Shown piece by piece: positions 10,938-24,922 of a DNA stretch of 64,000 nt. Position numbers and translations under genes: made by a program. Position 1 is the first letter of the stretch. Every line of letters starts with the position of its first letter. The DNA is from Lingula anatina. Lineage: Eukaryota; Animalia; Brachiopoda. The stretch spans positions 5,952,001 to 6,016,000 of the forward strand of contig CM120645.1 of NCBI GenBank assembly GCA_051362555.1, given 5' to 3'. The notes beneath the pieces are model-generated. The model worked only from the letters and a program-made list of their open reading frames with translations, was not told the origin of the DNA and did no database searches.

Positions 10938-13382
10938 TTCATCTGGAGCAGATAGACTTAAATGTGATTTTATATACCAGACTGCTTGTTATGTTTATTA
11001 TATGGGACAAATGTCACCTGTACAAAGTAATGGGGAACAGACTATGGTTTTTACCGGACTACCATTCTTGTCACATCAGTTCTCATTTATCGCTGTGATG
11101 CATTCAATCTCACCTTCGTGCCCTTTATGACCAAATCTTATCTTTGCTGAAGCTTGTTCCCTTTAATTGGTTTTTTTAAACCAAATGAATGTAAAGTGAT
11201 TTATATCTAACTCTGAATGTGTATCCGGTGTTAGTTTCTTCAACAGTGCCTGGTGATTGCAGCTTTTGTATAAATAGAAGAAATTGTCGTTAAATGCTTA
11301 TGTATTCAAGAAAGTGATTAGACCTAATGTGTTTATATATAGTTCCCCATATCTTTTACTGAGTATTAGTCCAATCATTAAATTAACTGGAGCTTGAATT
11401 CTTCGTGCAAATGTAAATTCAGCAAATATATTGATGACCAAAATGTGATTGGACACCACCAAATGTGATTTTATATATCGACTGCTTGTTATGTTTTTTA
11501 TGTTTGAGTGATTATTTGGTGTCTGTTCTTAAACTTAAGATAAGAAGTACCGTTTCGATGGCCTTGTCTTACAGAAAGATTTTTAAAAGTAAATATTTAG
11601 ATGTAAATTAATCTGTCCATGTCGATTAATGAGTATTAAGGTAGGACTTTAAAAATATGGAGAAAGACTACTGAGAACTTTTTGAATTTTTAATCAAATG
11701 ATTTTAAGGTTTTCCTTTTTATATAATGTATAAGTTACCGAATTATGAATGTTTTTTCATCATTTAAGTGACGTGGGTCCCACTTACAAAATAATCTGTT
11801 TTATTTAACTTTTAAGTAAAATAATGAATATTTCTATGGCTTTCTTTGAATTCAAGTCATATATTTTTGTTACGATATATGTTTCTTTTTATTTTTAATC
11901 CAAATCTATGTCTGGCAAAGTATTCTCTTTTCGTTAGTTCCAGATGTAAAATACTTTGAAAATATTTGAAATGTTAATCTTTATCTATGTTCTGCGAACG
12001 GTAAAAGAGAATGTCTACAATTTAACTTACAAGAAACGTATGGTTATCATAAATAGTACAAGCAACTTACTTTGAACTTTGAACTTTGAATGCTTAGCTG
12101 TTACGAATAGTTGTAAAGTTGCTAGAAAGGTAATGAAAAGTGAAAATTTCAACTTACATAAAACATCGGATAATTAAAATGAGATAATTACAAAAATAGT
12201 GATTATACAGCATTCTGCGAAATGATTTTGGGTCAGGGTTTTCAGTGCATAACATCCATATTTTATTACTCAAGAATCGTCATACATACACAAGAAAAAC
12301 TATATTAAGTATTTTAGGTACGTGGCACGCATTGTGACCTAAGGCAGAATGACTTTAAAAAGGGAGAAATAAACTTAAAAGAAACATCATTATCATGGGT
12401 ATATAAGTACGAGCAAATTACATTGAATTCATAGTAATTAGGAATAGTACGTGGTGCGTGGTGTGGTGTGGCATATCAGAATAGGTAACAATAGGGCAAA
12501 AACTGTGATATTGATACAAAGATGTGCTGATCTCTACTGCCGTCGTGGCAGGAATAGAAGTCCTAGGAATGTCCGGGTTCCATATGATTACTACAGGTTA
12601 AGGTTATTGTGAGTATTGGAGTTTGTACATAGAACGTCACCTGTCACCTGAGTAATCGGGAACGAATTACGGCTTCTAGCAGAATGCCATTCCTGTCACA
12701 CCGGTTTACCCTTCCATATACATACTGTATATACACAAACATGTAAGTAGTTTTTGCATTAAACGGAGCACTCATGTAACTTCGTTGTACCTCTAGTTTA
12801 GTGTTTTCTGGAAAGTTACCATTGGTGACGGCAACGAAATGTATACTGGTACTATTAGGGGAGGGCAAATGAAACCTTGTGGATTCTGTGACCATTTTGG
12901 CTGCTGAATACAAACTAATGTTTTTTTTTGTTTGTTTGTTTGTTTCAGATTACATCTGATATCGGTAAAAAGCGATTTTTTAAAATGGCCACCAAAGTCC
13001 CCATCAAATCACAGATTTCTCATTTAAATCTTTAAATATCAGTTCAAACATGGCTTGTTATATGTCTAACCATATGATTATTTGATCAATAAGTGCAAAT
13101 AAATAAATCACTTTTTTGGGTCATTTCATTTTGGGTAAAAGATGAATTTTTTGGTCATTTTGAGGTAAAAAGTCACCCCTAAATCACCATTTTGTGTACA
13201 ACAATACCAATGTTTATGCACAGTGACTCTTACATAGGGGAAAACAATAATACAACAAATACGGTCAATATTATTTAAGGTTCGTAATTTCTGCAGTGCC
13301 ATCAAACCATTCACATAGGCTATATTGTATGCAAAGAAAGATATGATAAAAAAAAATACGAAACACTGTTAACGTCAATTAA

Positions 13383-13620
13383 AAATAACCCCCCTGACAG
13401 TGCTGCAGTCGTGTATCCCACAGCCGCAGCGCAAGGTTTCCCAGTCGTGGTCACACGACCGCCGCCACAAAATCCAGTGTATGGGCCAGGAATACCTCAA
13501 GTGAACGGCGCTGCAGGTCCTGGCTTTCGAACACCAAATGTAGGGTTGAAAACTGGACTGAGCGTTCTGAAAGCAGGGTTAGGATTATTGGAGGTACCCC
13601 CAACGGAAAATACTTTTTAA
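13383..13620 (+). pseudogene. Orphan copy of gene A terminal (tail) exon with deleted splice acceptor
   Basis: Highly similar to 1770-2026, but the ~20 bp containing TATTTACAG is missing and no TM or domain exons precede it. It marks the start of a segmental duplicate. Confidence 0.8.
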
Positions 13621-14428
13621 TGACTGGCACGCGCATGCCATGGTTTCCCCTGCATAATTACAATCAAGAGAGTATGTGATTCTTCGCATAGAAATGAATG
13701 GAATAATTCTCATATTAATTGGATATAAATAGGCCCTATAATCGAATACGTTCTAAGGTTATCCTAGGAAGTGCCTCCATTTTTTATACACTTAATGTAG
13801 GCCCTATTCCTTTAAATTGTAAAGATATCATGCATTGCTTAGTAGGCCTACTATACAGAATTAAATTAAAGGAAAATGTATTTAGTGAAAGTTAAGTGTG
13901 TCAAGACAATTGTGTCTGTTTCTTTTAACATAAGATTGTAGGTAGGCCTACATGTAGGCCGGGCAGAAAGACCCTTTTTTCTATCGTTATATTTTCAGTA
14001 ATGTGCGTATATAAAGCAAGAAAATACTGTATATGGGCCTACCTCGTACAACAAATTAATTATGAAATGATTATACAATAAACTAGACTTAAATATGAAG
14101 AAGAGATGTTCAATATCCACTGGTCAATGTTATGCACATTGCAAAGCGCCCTCTTTCTGATCGCGACCTAAATAAAAACTGCTGACCTACTTACCTGGCG
14201 CACCTGTTTTTATGAATCCGTGTATAATACTGCATGGCCCATTTGCTGAACGGAAGACCAAGATTACAGGGGCTACATCAGTAGACTTACACTGCGTTTT
14301 TAAGGGCTCATAAGGGTAGTCCAGTACATCGAATTAGGATTTAAGGGTCTAGCAATCACACCAAAACACCTAGAAGCCACCGTGCTTTTGGATATAATAA
14401 AAGAACTGCAGGTTTCGCTATCAACAAC

Positions 14429-17400
14429 ATGGCTGTCCAATTTAAGGCCATGTTGGCTTGTTTGTTTACGTTGCTGGCAATCATGCACACAGGTACGTAA
14501 AATGGGTTCTATATACAGTATAGGCCTACGCTGTAGGTCCATCTATTTCAGCTATAATTGTGGAGTGCCCAATTTTACTCTGGTGGGCCTATATATACGG
14601 AGATCACAAACATTAATGTTTAAAAAAACTAACATCTCTACAATTGTGTGTTGATACTACAGATGGTACAGTCGACCTACTTAACCGACAGATATATATC
14701 ATGGTTGAGTGTATAATAGCCGGTGTGACGGGAATTGTAGTCCGTTGCCCATTACAATGTACAGGTGACATTCGGCCCACATACCAACCCCAATACTCTG
14801 ACTAACCCTGGAACTTCCATTTCTGGGACGACCATTCCTGTCGCACCTGTCGTAAACGCATCTCGCCACCCCACACTTTTTAAAGTTAAAACTGTTTTCA
14901 AGCCGTGTTACCAATTGTGTATTCACTGTTATGCTAATGTATACATCTACTTTCCCGGCCCACACTGAAAGTTGGAAACTGATCAGGCAAGCAACCCCCG
15001 AGTTGTGTGTAGTGGGGGACGCTTATAAAACATTCCCCTGGGGTTAGGAGGAAAGGACACAGATGGGAGGGGAAAGGGTCTTTTTACATGTAACTTAAAT
15101 TCTAGATCTTCAGTATGAAATAACATATTGTTGTTATAACTACTTTAATTAAATAATGACCTTGCATGCATTTAGATAATAGTAGGCCCCCTATGTGTTG
15201 ACGGTGACTCATATCTCATCAATTAATTAATGGAGTCGGTCACATCTGCGTTCACCTGTAGTCTGTTTTTAAAATAAATAGGTTAAGGCAACAACAAATA
15301 TAATCTGTATTGGGTCTGTAATTATAGATGTAAATCCTCCCTTAGCGTCTTAGATACAGACTCATACGAACCAGGAAGTGTACCCGTTTTAGAAGGGCAA
15401 ATGATCTCACTACAGGCGTACCTTTTCAGGCCTTCAGATGGTCAGTTAGGCTAGCGAGTTTAATAATCTAAAAAACGAACTCCCTGGGTCTACATCGTCT
15501 TCTTGTAATTTATTTAATTTTATTTATTTATTTATTTTTTTATTTTTGTGGCTCTTCATGATGATTTTCGACTTCGAGGCCTACTATTACATCTGTCGTG
15601 TTAGATAAATTCGCCGCGTGTGAAGGAAAGTTTCGTGCTACAGTCGCGTTGCTGTGTGAGTGTGTGTGTGGGGGGGGGGGAGTCGAACCTACCGCACTAT
15701 TTGCTTGAAAAGGGTCCGCTATGGGTTAATTTTGATCTCATGAAAAAAGGTCCACTGTTTCATATAAAGACCCCCTCCCTTTGAAATTGCTGGTCACGGG
15801 CTTGAGCTTTTTAGGACTTGGCCACTTTGGGACCGAAAGTTTGTTTGGGTTAGTATAGATTCGAGTAGATTCATGTAGGTTTCAGCTTACACCGACTTAA
15901 AAAAATCTACGCCACAAGTTTTGAGTTATAAGCTTAGGAGTTACGTGTATAATAAGTCTACTTGTAGGCGTATATAACACAGTAGATGAAAATTTTATCT
16001 GTGACCTATGGGTATAATTTGTAGTAGCGATAGCTTCAATTGGGCACAAAGATGGATTGAATTTTTCATTAACTTAGTAAGCCATTGAATACTAGAACTC
16101 ATTGTATCTAAAAAGTATATGAACAGGTATGTTTGCTTAGCCTCAATAAGGTTGCTTATAGTCCTACGTTTTTAGAACTCGTATGTGGCATCGCGGGCAA
16201 ACAACCGACCTCAATGAGCTAGCAGTTCTGTAGAAATTGAGAACGAATTGAGCTGTAAAGATTTACTGGTTTTATGAAGCAAGAAAACGTCAATGGTATT
16301 GAAGTGAGTTCCATATGAGGCTGCTTCCTAGCATGGTGTCAATACTTTTACTAAAAATTCGTTAAACACCTTATCTTGCACATATATTATTAAGAGTAGA
16401 TAAAATAATGATTTAGTGTATATGATGTATGTGATGATGTTTCCTTGATTAAATATAAAACGTGGTACTGGTACACGTAGAAGTTATAAAACAGTATAAC
16501 TTTGGGAGTAATAATTTGTACAGGTTATTTTTTTAGCTTAATGCTTATTTTAGCCCATCTTTTTAAATTTCCCAGTGAGTGGGAGCGAATATTGCTGCGC
16601 ATATTACACGTCATCTGGCAGTTACAGAAGTTCGTTCTACTGTTCCGAGTACTGCTGCGGGACATCTACCAATAAATACTGCTGTGACTCTTTCTGGAAC
16701 AGATATTTCCCGAGTTATTCTTCTAGTTCGTTATGCCCCACCAGGCCAACCACAACAACAGGTTCGTATGTAATTAGAGTGGAATAAATTTTTCACCTTG
16801 TCAGTGTACAATTTATATACTGGTACATTTTATCTACCATTAATTGAAAACATTGTGGTGGGACCATTTGAGTTTTGACCTTCATTTTTTCAATGATCTT
16901 TCACCTTTGTATTTACAGTCCGTACGGTAGGTTCAGGAGAATATTGCTGCGCATATTACACGTCATCTGGCAGTTACAAAAGCTCTTTTTACTGTTCCAA
17001 GTACTGCTGCGGGACATCTGCCAGTAAATACTGCTGTGACTCGTTCTTGAACAGATACTATCCGAGTTATTCCTATAGATCGTTATGCCCGGCCGTCACA
17101 AGTCCAACCACAACAACAGGTGCGTAATTAGAGTCGATTAAATTTTTCATTTGGTCACTGTACGTGTATATACTGGTGCATTTTAGCTACTTAATTGAAA
17201 CGGTGTGGTGTGAAAATTTAAGTTCTGACATTGACCTTTTCCATGACTTATAACTTTTTATGTTTAGGAGAATATTGCTGCGCATATTACACGTCATCTG
17301 GCAGTTACAGAAGCTCCTTCCACTGTTCTAAGTACTGCTGTGGGACATCTACCAGTAAATACTGCTGTACCTCGTCCTATAGTAGATACTACGGGAGTTA

Positions 17401-17861
17401 TTCCTATGTTTCCTCGTGCCCCACCCCCTCAAACAACTGGAGCAGCTGGGCATCGAGTACTACATCAGGCATCATAAATGTGTATGTATATACTTTTTCT
17501 TCCAAATAGTCTAGAGATTCTAGATCTCTCTCTCTCTCTGTGTTTGTGTGTGCGCGCGTGCCGTCATGTTAACTTTTTATTTAACTTGATAGGCCTTCAA
17601 CATGTAATAGTACTATCAATATCAATGTTATTCTAGAGCCCTTGCATTTTGTTCGTTTTGTATAATGATGAAGCCGTGCACCTTATAATATATCCTGCTG
17701 ATTCAAACTGATAACATTTCTTTATAGTACTGGTGCTATAGTAGGCTCTGTAGTCGGTTTCATCGCCCTGTGTGTCATCATAGGAGTTGTCATCTGCTGC
17801 GCAACCGGATGCTGTGGGCAAAGAAGAGGAACAGGTAAGAGAGAATGAAACACGTTCACAC

Positions 17862-17907
<46 letters not shown>

Positions 17908-18772
17908 GGGGGGGGAGGGAGGGGGCAGAACAGAAGAGGTATTGGGGATATTCTTAAAGTACATGATGGAGGATGACGAGACGTAGAGGGTTGCTAAACG
18001 TGGTTAATATGTGGTCCTAGCAAAAGAGGTCGAGTTCTAGAAACGCCACTGGGCGGCAGAATTCAACAAAACCTGTATCGGGTAGGCTGCTGTATCATGG
18101 AACGCTGAAATCAAACACTGTTTTGCCGTTTTTGTGACATTGTATGCTATACTGTTTAAAGAGCAACAAAGAGAAAAGAGTTGTAAACGAGACATAATTG
18201 CATCTAGAACTACTACATGTAGAGTGTAGTACTGGACGCAGTGATACGTGGATTCTGGACAATGTGTTTCATGTATTATGAGTATTTACATTTATTATAA
18301 CTAAAGTAGACAAAAAGAAGAATGTCAATTACTGTTAACTACAGTGGATGCTGTAAATTTCTTTACAGTGACCAGACCCCCGGGTAACGGCATAGTAATG
18401 ATGAACACGCCGCCAACAACGCAAGGTTACCCAGTTGGGTACGCCCCACCACCAAATACAGCGTATGGGCCAGGTATACCTCAACCGAATGCGGCTTATG
18501 GCCCAGGAACACAGCCACCGTATACAGGGTATGGGCCAGGAATTCCCCCTCAACAGCCGCCAAACACGGAGTTTGGACCAGGAATTCCACCACCACAGCC
18601 GCCAAACACAGGGTTTGGGCCAGGGATTCCACCTCCCAATAACCCATTTGGACCAGGATCGCCACCCAATGCAGAGGCACCACCACTGGATGCCGCGAAA
18701 GGAGCCGGTAATGATGCTCCCCCTCCCCCATACCCGGGCACAGACAATACTTACACCCCACTCCAACCTTAA
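14429..18772 (+). CDS. Gene C: Shisa-like protein, 3 Cys domains, about 391 aa, PPPY tail
   Basis: Exons: 14429-14492 (signal, identical to B), 16576-16761, 16919-17119, 17268-17481, 17728-17834 (TM), 18369-18772. Total 1176 nt, in frame. Confidence 0.9.
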
Positions 18773-21639
18773 TTCATCTGGCGCAGATAGACTTAAATGA
18801 CCACAGTGTGCCGGTGTGGCAGGGGTGGCAGTCCTAGCAATGGAAGCCTGGGGTCCCATATGATTAGTACAGGTCAGGGTTAGGCGAGGTATTGGGGTTT
18901 ATTATATGGGACGAATGTCACCTGTACAAAGTAATTGGGAACGGACTATGGTTTCTAGCGGACGACCATTCTTGTCATATCAGTTCTCATTTATCGCTGT
19001 GATGCATTCAGTCTCACCTTCGTGCCCTTTATGAACAAATCTCTACTTTGCTGAACAGAAGTTCCCTTTCATTGGTGTTTTAAGTCAAATGAGTGTAAAG
19101 TGATTTATATCTAATTCTGAATGTGTTTCCGGTGTTAGTTTCTTTAACAGTGTCTAGTGATTGCAGCTTTTGTGTAAATAGAAGTTAAATGCTTATGTAT
19201 ACAAGGAAGTGTGTTTATATATCGTTCCCCATATCTTTTACACGTACTAAGTATTAGTCCAATCATTAAATTAACTGGAGCTTGAATTTTTCGTGCAAAT
19301 GTAAATTCAGCAAATATAAAAATGTGATTGGACACCACCAAATGTGATTTTATATATCAGACTGCTTGTTATGTTTTTTATGTTTGAGTGATTATTTCGT
19401 GTCTGTTGTTAATCTTAAGATAAGAAGTACATGTACCGTTTCGTTGGCCTTGTCTTACCGAAAGTTTTTAAAAGTAAATATTTAGATGTAAAATAATCTA
19501 TCCATGTCGATTAATGAGTATTAAGATAGGACTTCAAAAATATGGAGAAAGACTATACTGTGAACATTTTGAACTTTTAATCAAATGTAATGTAATGTAT
19601 AAGTTACCGAATTATGAATGTTTTTTCATCATTTAAGTGACGTGGGTCCCACTTACAAAATAATGTGTTTTATTTAACTTTTAAGTAAAATAATGAATAT
19701 TTCTATGGCTTTCTTTGAATTAAAGTCATATATTTTTGTTACGATATATATGTTCCTTTTTTCCTTTTTATTTTTTAGACCAAATCTATGTCTGGCAAAG
19801 TATTCTCTTTTCGTTAGTTCTAGATGTAAAATATTTTGAAAAATATTTTGAAAAGTTAATCTTTATCTATGTTCTGCGAATGGTAAAAGAGAATGTCTAC
19901 AACTTAACTTACAAGAAACGTATGCTTATCATAAATAGTACAAGCAACTTACTTTGAATGCTTAGCTGTTACGAATAGTTGTAAAGTTGTTATAAAGGTA
20001 ATGAAAAGTGAAAATTTCAACTTACATGAAACATCGGATAATTAAAATGAGACAATTACAAAAATAGTGATTATACAGCATTCTGCGAAATGATTTTGGG
20101 TCAGGGTTTTCAGTGCATAGCAGCCATATATTATTACTCGAGAATCATCATATATACACAAGAAAAAATATATATTTTATTTAGTATTTTAGGTACGTGG
20201 CATGCATTGTGACCTAAGGCAGAATGACTTAGAGGGAGAAATTAACTTAAAAGAAACATGATTATTATGGGTACATAAATATGATCAAATTACATTGAAT
20301 TCATAGTAATTAGGAATAGTACGTGGTGCGTGGTGTGGTGTGGCATATCAGAATGGGTAACAATGGGGCGAAAACTGATATTGATACAAAGATGTAATGA
20401 TCACCACTGCCGTCATGACAGGAATGGAAGTCCTAGGAATGGAAGTCCGATATGATGAGTACAGATTAGGGTTATTCTGAATATTGGGGTTGGTATATAG
20501 AACGAACGTTACCTGTTCAGAGTAATGGTGAACGGACTACGGCTTCTAGCGGACTACCATTCCTGTCAGACCAATGTATCTTCTTTATACATACTAACAT
20601 ACTGTATATACATAAGCGTGCAACTAATTTTTGGATTAAACGGAACACTCATGCATGAATGACTTGTGATTCTTCATCAATTGGTATTATGTGAAAGAGA
20701 TCTACTCCATACTTTGTTAATAACATTCAAACTTTACCTCTAGCTTTGTCTTCAACAATAAACTTGAGCGCACCCTTGTTTTTAAACCACACATTTTTTA
20801 AAACATGAATTTAGGACTAATGGTATCTATGGAAGGTTTTTGGCGACAAAAGTCTTTATTCTTATTCCTAATTTGTATCTCATCATTTGTTGAAAAATGT
20901 GTTTATATACATTTGCTCTTTCGTTGTCGAAAATCCTTCATGCACTGTCAATGGTTTTTCACATGATTGTTCTCTTGCAAACTCTTTTAATCGTCATTTT
21001 CATTAGAACGATGGAATTGCTAATACACGTACACTTATTGCAGCTACTGTAGCAATATTGAATTACGGATTTGGTTTGTTCATTATTATTCTTTATGCCT
21101 TGTACTTCTTTTTTTTTTTTTTTTTTTTTTTTTTGGTTGATAATGGAAGTCTCCAAGTGTCGTGTTTTTGTCTGATTGTTCTGTCTTATTCATATCGGTG
21201 TAGCGTAAATAAATGGCAAATTAGAATGAAGTGGAAGTGACATGCAATGACCTTGTTTTTAAAAAAAAGCACATCATATAAAAAGCCTCAACGTTGAAAA
21301 CATTGAGTTAAAGTTATTTTTATAAGCTCTGTAAGCTTTTCACACACATTTTTATTCATGATTTAAGTCTTGCCCTTTGCCCTACTATAAGTTACTTTAA
21401 GTAACTGGCTCGCGCTGTCAGTAATTACGCCGCGGGATATTCAGGGCACAGACCGTGATCATAAGATAGCGCGAATAGAAAATAGAATTTAGAAAATAGA
21501 CATTCCATGTGAACGAAGCCTTACTTTCATAAAGCCCATGGACAAATAATAACAACTTTATACATAGATAGTGTACAGGCACAGGTTACAGCTGAATGAT
21601 AAAGATGATTAAAAAATGGCATAAATAAAGAAAGTTTAC

Positions 21640-22087
21640 TGTCGGTAATGATCGTCAGTCGCTAATCATGCGTTGATCTGAGAATCGCATCTGACGCACG
21701 AGTACGATGGTAACTCTAACGTATGGACACTAGTAGGCCTATCTTGCACACCTTGCCCGGTAGAAAAAAGAACCCGCAATGACGCATGCGTAATCGACTT
21801 ATGACGACTGCAATAACGACTACATACAAGCATGGCCCATATTAGGAGGTCGCTGATAAGATATACGATGACATGCCTTTAAATGCTTTAGGGATCAATG
21901 TTCAATCAGTTGACGTGTGACCCACTACTTGGGAATGTCGGCAATCTAGACTTTAAGTTCGTCTGGACCGCAAACGAAACTGTCACAACGCGAGGTCATA
22001 TTTGGGGATTTTGACGATCTCTGTGGAGTAGGGTTTTTGCGAACTCTTTGAAGTAATCACAAGATTATAATTCTTTGAATAAAGGCC
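21640..22087 (+). promoter_or_regulatory. Conserved upstream module of MEK-leader genes (gene D copy)
   Basis: Block shared with about 47710-48187, 56070-56497 and 62910-63355. It contains TGACGCATGCGTAAT, TTGACGTGTG, GGGAATGT, AAACGAAACT and GGGGATTTT. Function is inferred only from position and conservation. Confidence 0.5.
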
Positions 22088-22396
22088 ATGGAAAAGCAAG
22101 TCAAGTTTGTGTTCACATGTGTAATAGCTTTGCTGGCAATCGTATCATCAGGTATGTAAAATGAACTGCTTAACAGTCAATATTTTTTTACAGTTTACAG
22201 AATACTTTTAAAATGCACACAATGTGCGTTATAGAGACCCTTGTAGTCATTAAACTTACTGTTCTGGAAGTTTTGAATATTTTACCTTAGTCACTAAGGT
22301 TTATTCCTACCAAAAACCTAATATAAAAAAGTAACGGGTATTAAAGTAAGGTCCATATATGGGGTTGGTTCCTGCTGTCTATTCTACCTGTATGGC

Positions 22397-22427
<31 letters not shown>

Positions 22428-24875
22428 TTAATAGTGAGGTTATTCAAACATAGCAACCAAAAAGTTGAAGTTGTACAGAAATGAATAAGTAAAAAAATTG
22501 CATATTACATAGAAAAAAAGGATGTACATTGTACAATAAGACCAAAATGAGTTTGCAAATAGAACACATATTCGTTTTTTTTCTTTAACAATATCTTGAG
22601 CAAATCTAGTCAAAGGAGTAAATTCAATTAGGCCACACTTTTTTATATTTATGGATGACATCCTGCGCGCGCACCGATTTTCGTCCGTTCTCCAAACCCC
22701 CCCCCCCCCCCCCCCCCCCAAGGAAGTCGGTTGTCGCAAACGTCGTTATTTGAATTTGCCGAAAAATGCAATCGGCAATCTTCGGCTAATTCTGCAAGCT
22801 CCATACTGTCATTGTCGACTGCGGAGACATCCGAGTAGTTCCGAGTGCGGAAAATGAGCTTTCTGCGCATGCGTATTATCACCACGTGGAAATATGGCCG
22901 CTTTGCCGTCAAATTCATCTCTAGCATTAATTTCAAAATACACGACAATTAAAGTCATAAAGAGAATGGGGGCCGTCGTTTTGGATTGGTTTGCCATTGA
23001 TATTGAACATGGAGATATCACCTTTTTACAATTATACGAAAGGCTGGCCGCGGCCAGCGATCATCGCCCGGAAAATTTCAGTAACATTCTGTCCAAAGCA
23101 GCACATACCAGGTTTTTTTTTTGGTCGAAAAAAGGGTCGACAAGAGCGTCGTGGTATTTGGTGGAATGGCCACCCGATAGTTTGCTGCTACGTGTGAGTC
23201 GAAGTAGACAAAATGGCATCGACCGAAATTACCCTTTTTTAGATTTGGTAGTAGGAAGCAAAGACCTATCTTTGCTTCATTTTTTTAACAATTCTGTGAA
23301 GTGTTCACAATGCTTTAATTTTCTGAGAGTACAAATAAAAACACGCTGTTTATTTGATATTTGTTTTATTGATTGCTATACCAACAGAATGCATGAAATA
23401 ACCTTAAAGGGTTTGCTTCATGCCGTCAGAATGGCCTGAACGGAACATATTCTTCAGAAAACATGCCCAACTAACGATATCTTAACCCAAATACACAAAT
23501 TAAAAGCTCATTTTGTAAATTTTTGGCTTTAAAAAACGTCCTATTTGCTCGGCCTGGGAGTTAATGAGCTACGTGGTCACGTGGTCCAATGACGACAATC
23601 GAGCCACTGGAGAACAGAGCGTGCTTAGCTGTCAAACTGAGCTGCATTGTCTACCTGTAAGATGACTTCTCTATCTGGCTTCTGATAAAAGTTTATACTC
23701 ATTCAAATCTCTTACCCGAGGGGTCTAAATCCTCGTGAAGCTGTGTAAAACCATTTCCCGTCTAGTCATTTCTTTAACAAGCATTTCATTATGGTTATCC
23801 CAAGTTGTATAAAACACTGCATTTGAATGAGTTAAGGGAAATGTTGATTATTGCATATGAGGTCCATGTTTTTTGTGAAATTCAATTTATTTTATTAAAC
23901 CGCTGACACTCCGTCTTGCATACTTTTATTAAACTGAGGTAAACAATGCCCGTTACCTTGACAAGTCCTATCTTAATCATCCATCTAACTGGAACTTCCT
24001 TTACCTCTTAATTAGAGGGTTAAATGGCATTCAATTTGTCTTGCTTGTATCGAACGCACTCTCTATGTAAGCTTTACTCCAGTTATCTCAGGTAAAAATC
24101 TACCTGTGCGTTAGTTACAAAGCGCAGCTCCCGTAGACCTGGGGGTACTAGATAAAATCTGAACACCAGGTTTATCGAGGAGCTAGAGAAAGAAAGGAAG
24201 AATTTTTCCTGCACAACTTCATAGGAATTTTAACACGGACTTGATCCAGCTTAGACCTCCAAACTAACAGGGTGACATGGGCAATTTTCACAAACAAATC
24301 ATAAAACTATATTTCAGTTAACCGCCTTTAAAATAAATATACCGTTCTGGGTAAATTAAAATAGTTATTAAATCGCAAGAATATTTTTGACTTAAATGAT
24401 GATTTTATTATTAATGGAAATTAAGCTACTATATGAGGTACATTTGCTGTGATTACGGTACGCTGTCCTTCATGTTTTGCGTAAGTCTACATTTTGCTGT
24501 ATCTGCTTGTAATCTTTTTAAATATGTGCGTACAATTTTTGCAGGTCTGGTTACCCCCCTGTTATGTGATGAGAGTATTAATTTGGCAATTAGTTCCTTA
24601 GCTTATTTGAATAGAATTGCAGTGTAAAATTTTCAACAAGATGTTGGCGAAATAGCCCATTACTCTTTGTAGGTATTTCCCCCGTCAAAGTTTGTCTAAA
24701 ATTATCTTTCAATCTTTACTCTTTCAAAGACAGTATAAAGTTACCTGACATATTTTCGTGTAAACTTAATGACAAGCCAAGTGTCTCCAGTTCATTCCGT
24801 ACTCAATTTTACCCAAGCAATTTTTTTTCTTGAGTAGATCTTTATAATAGCACGGTGTTATAAGCTTACAAATTT

Positions 24876-24922
<47 letters not shown>

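Noticed and set aside
10500-11130. Overlapping alternative-frame and antisense ORFs over Pro-rich tails (also 18335-18859, 33701-34024, 60096-60464)
   Set aside because: Shadow ORFs of GC-rich repetitive coding sequence; no independent signals.
22894-23439. 181-aa ORF as transposase or gene
   Set aside because: It spans the junction of two nested non-autonomous elements and has no recognisable motif.
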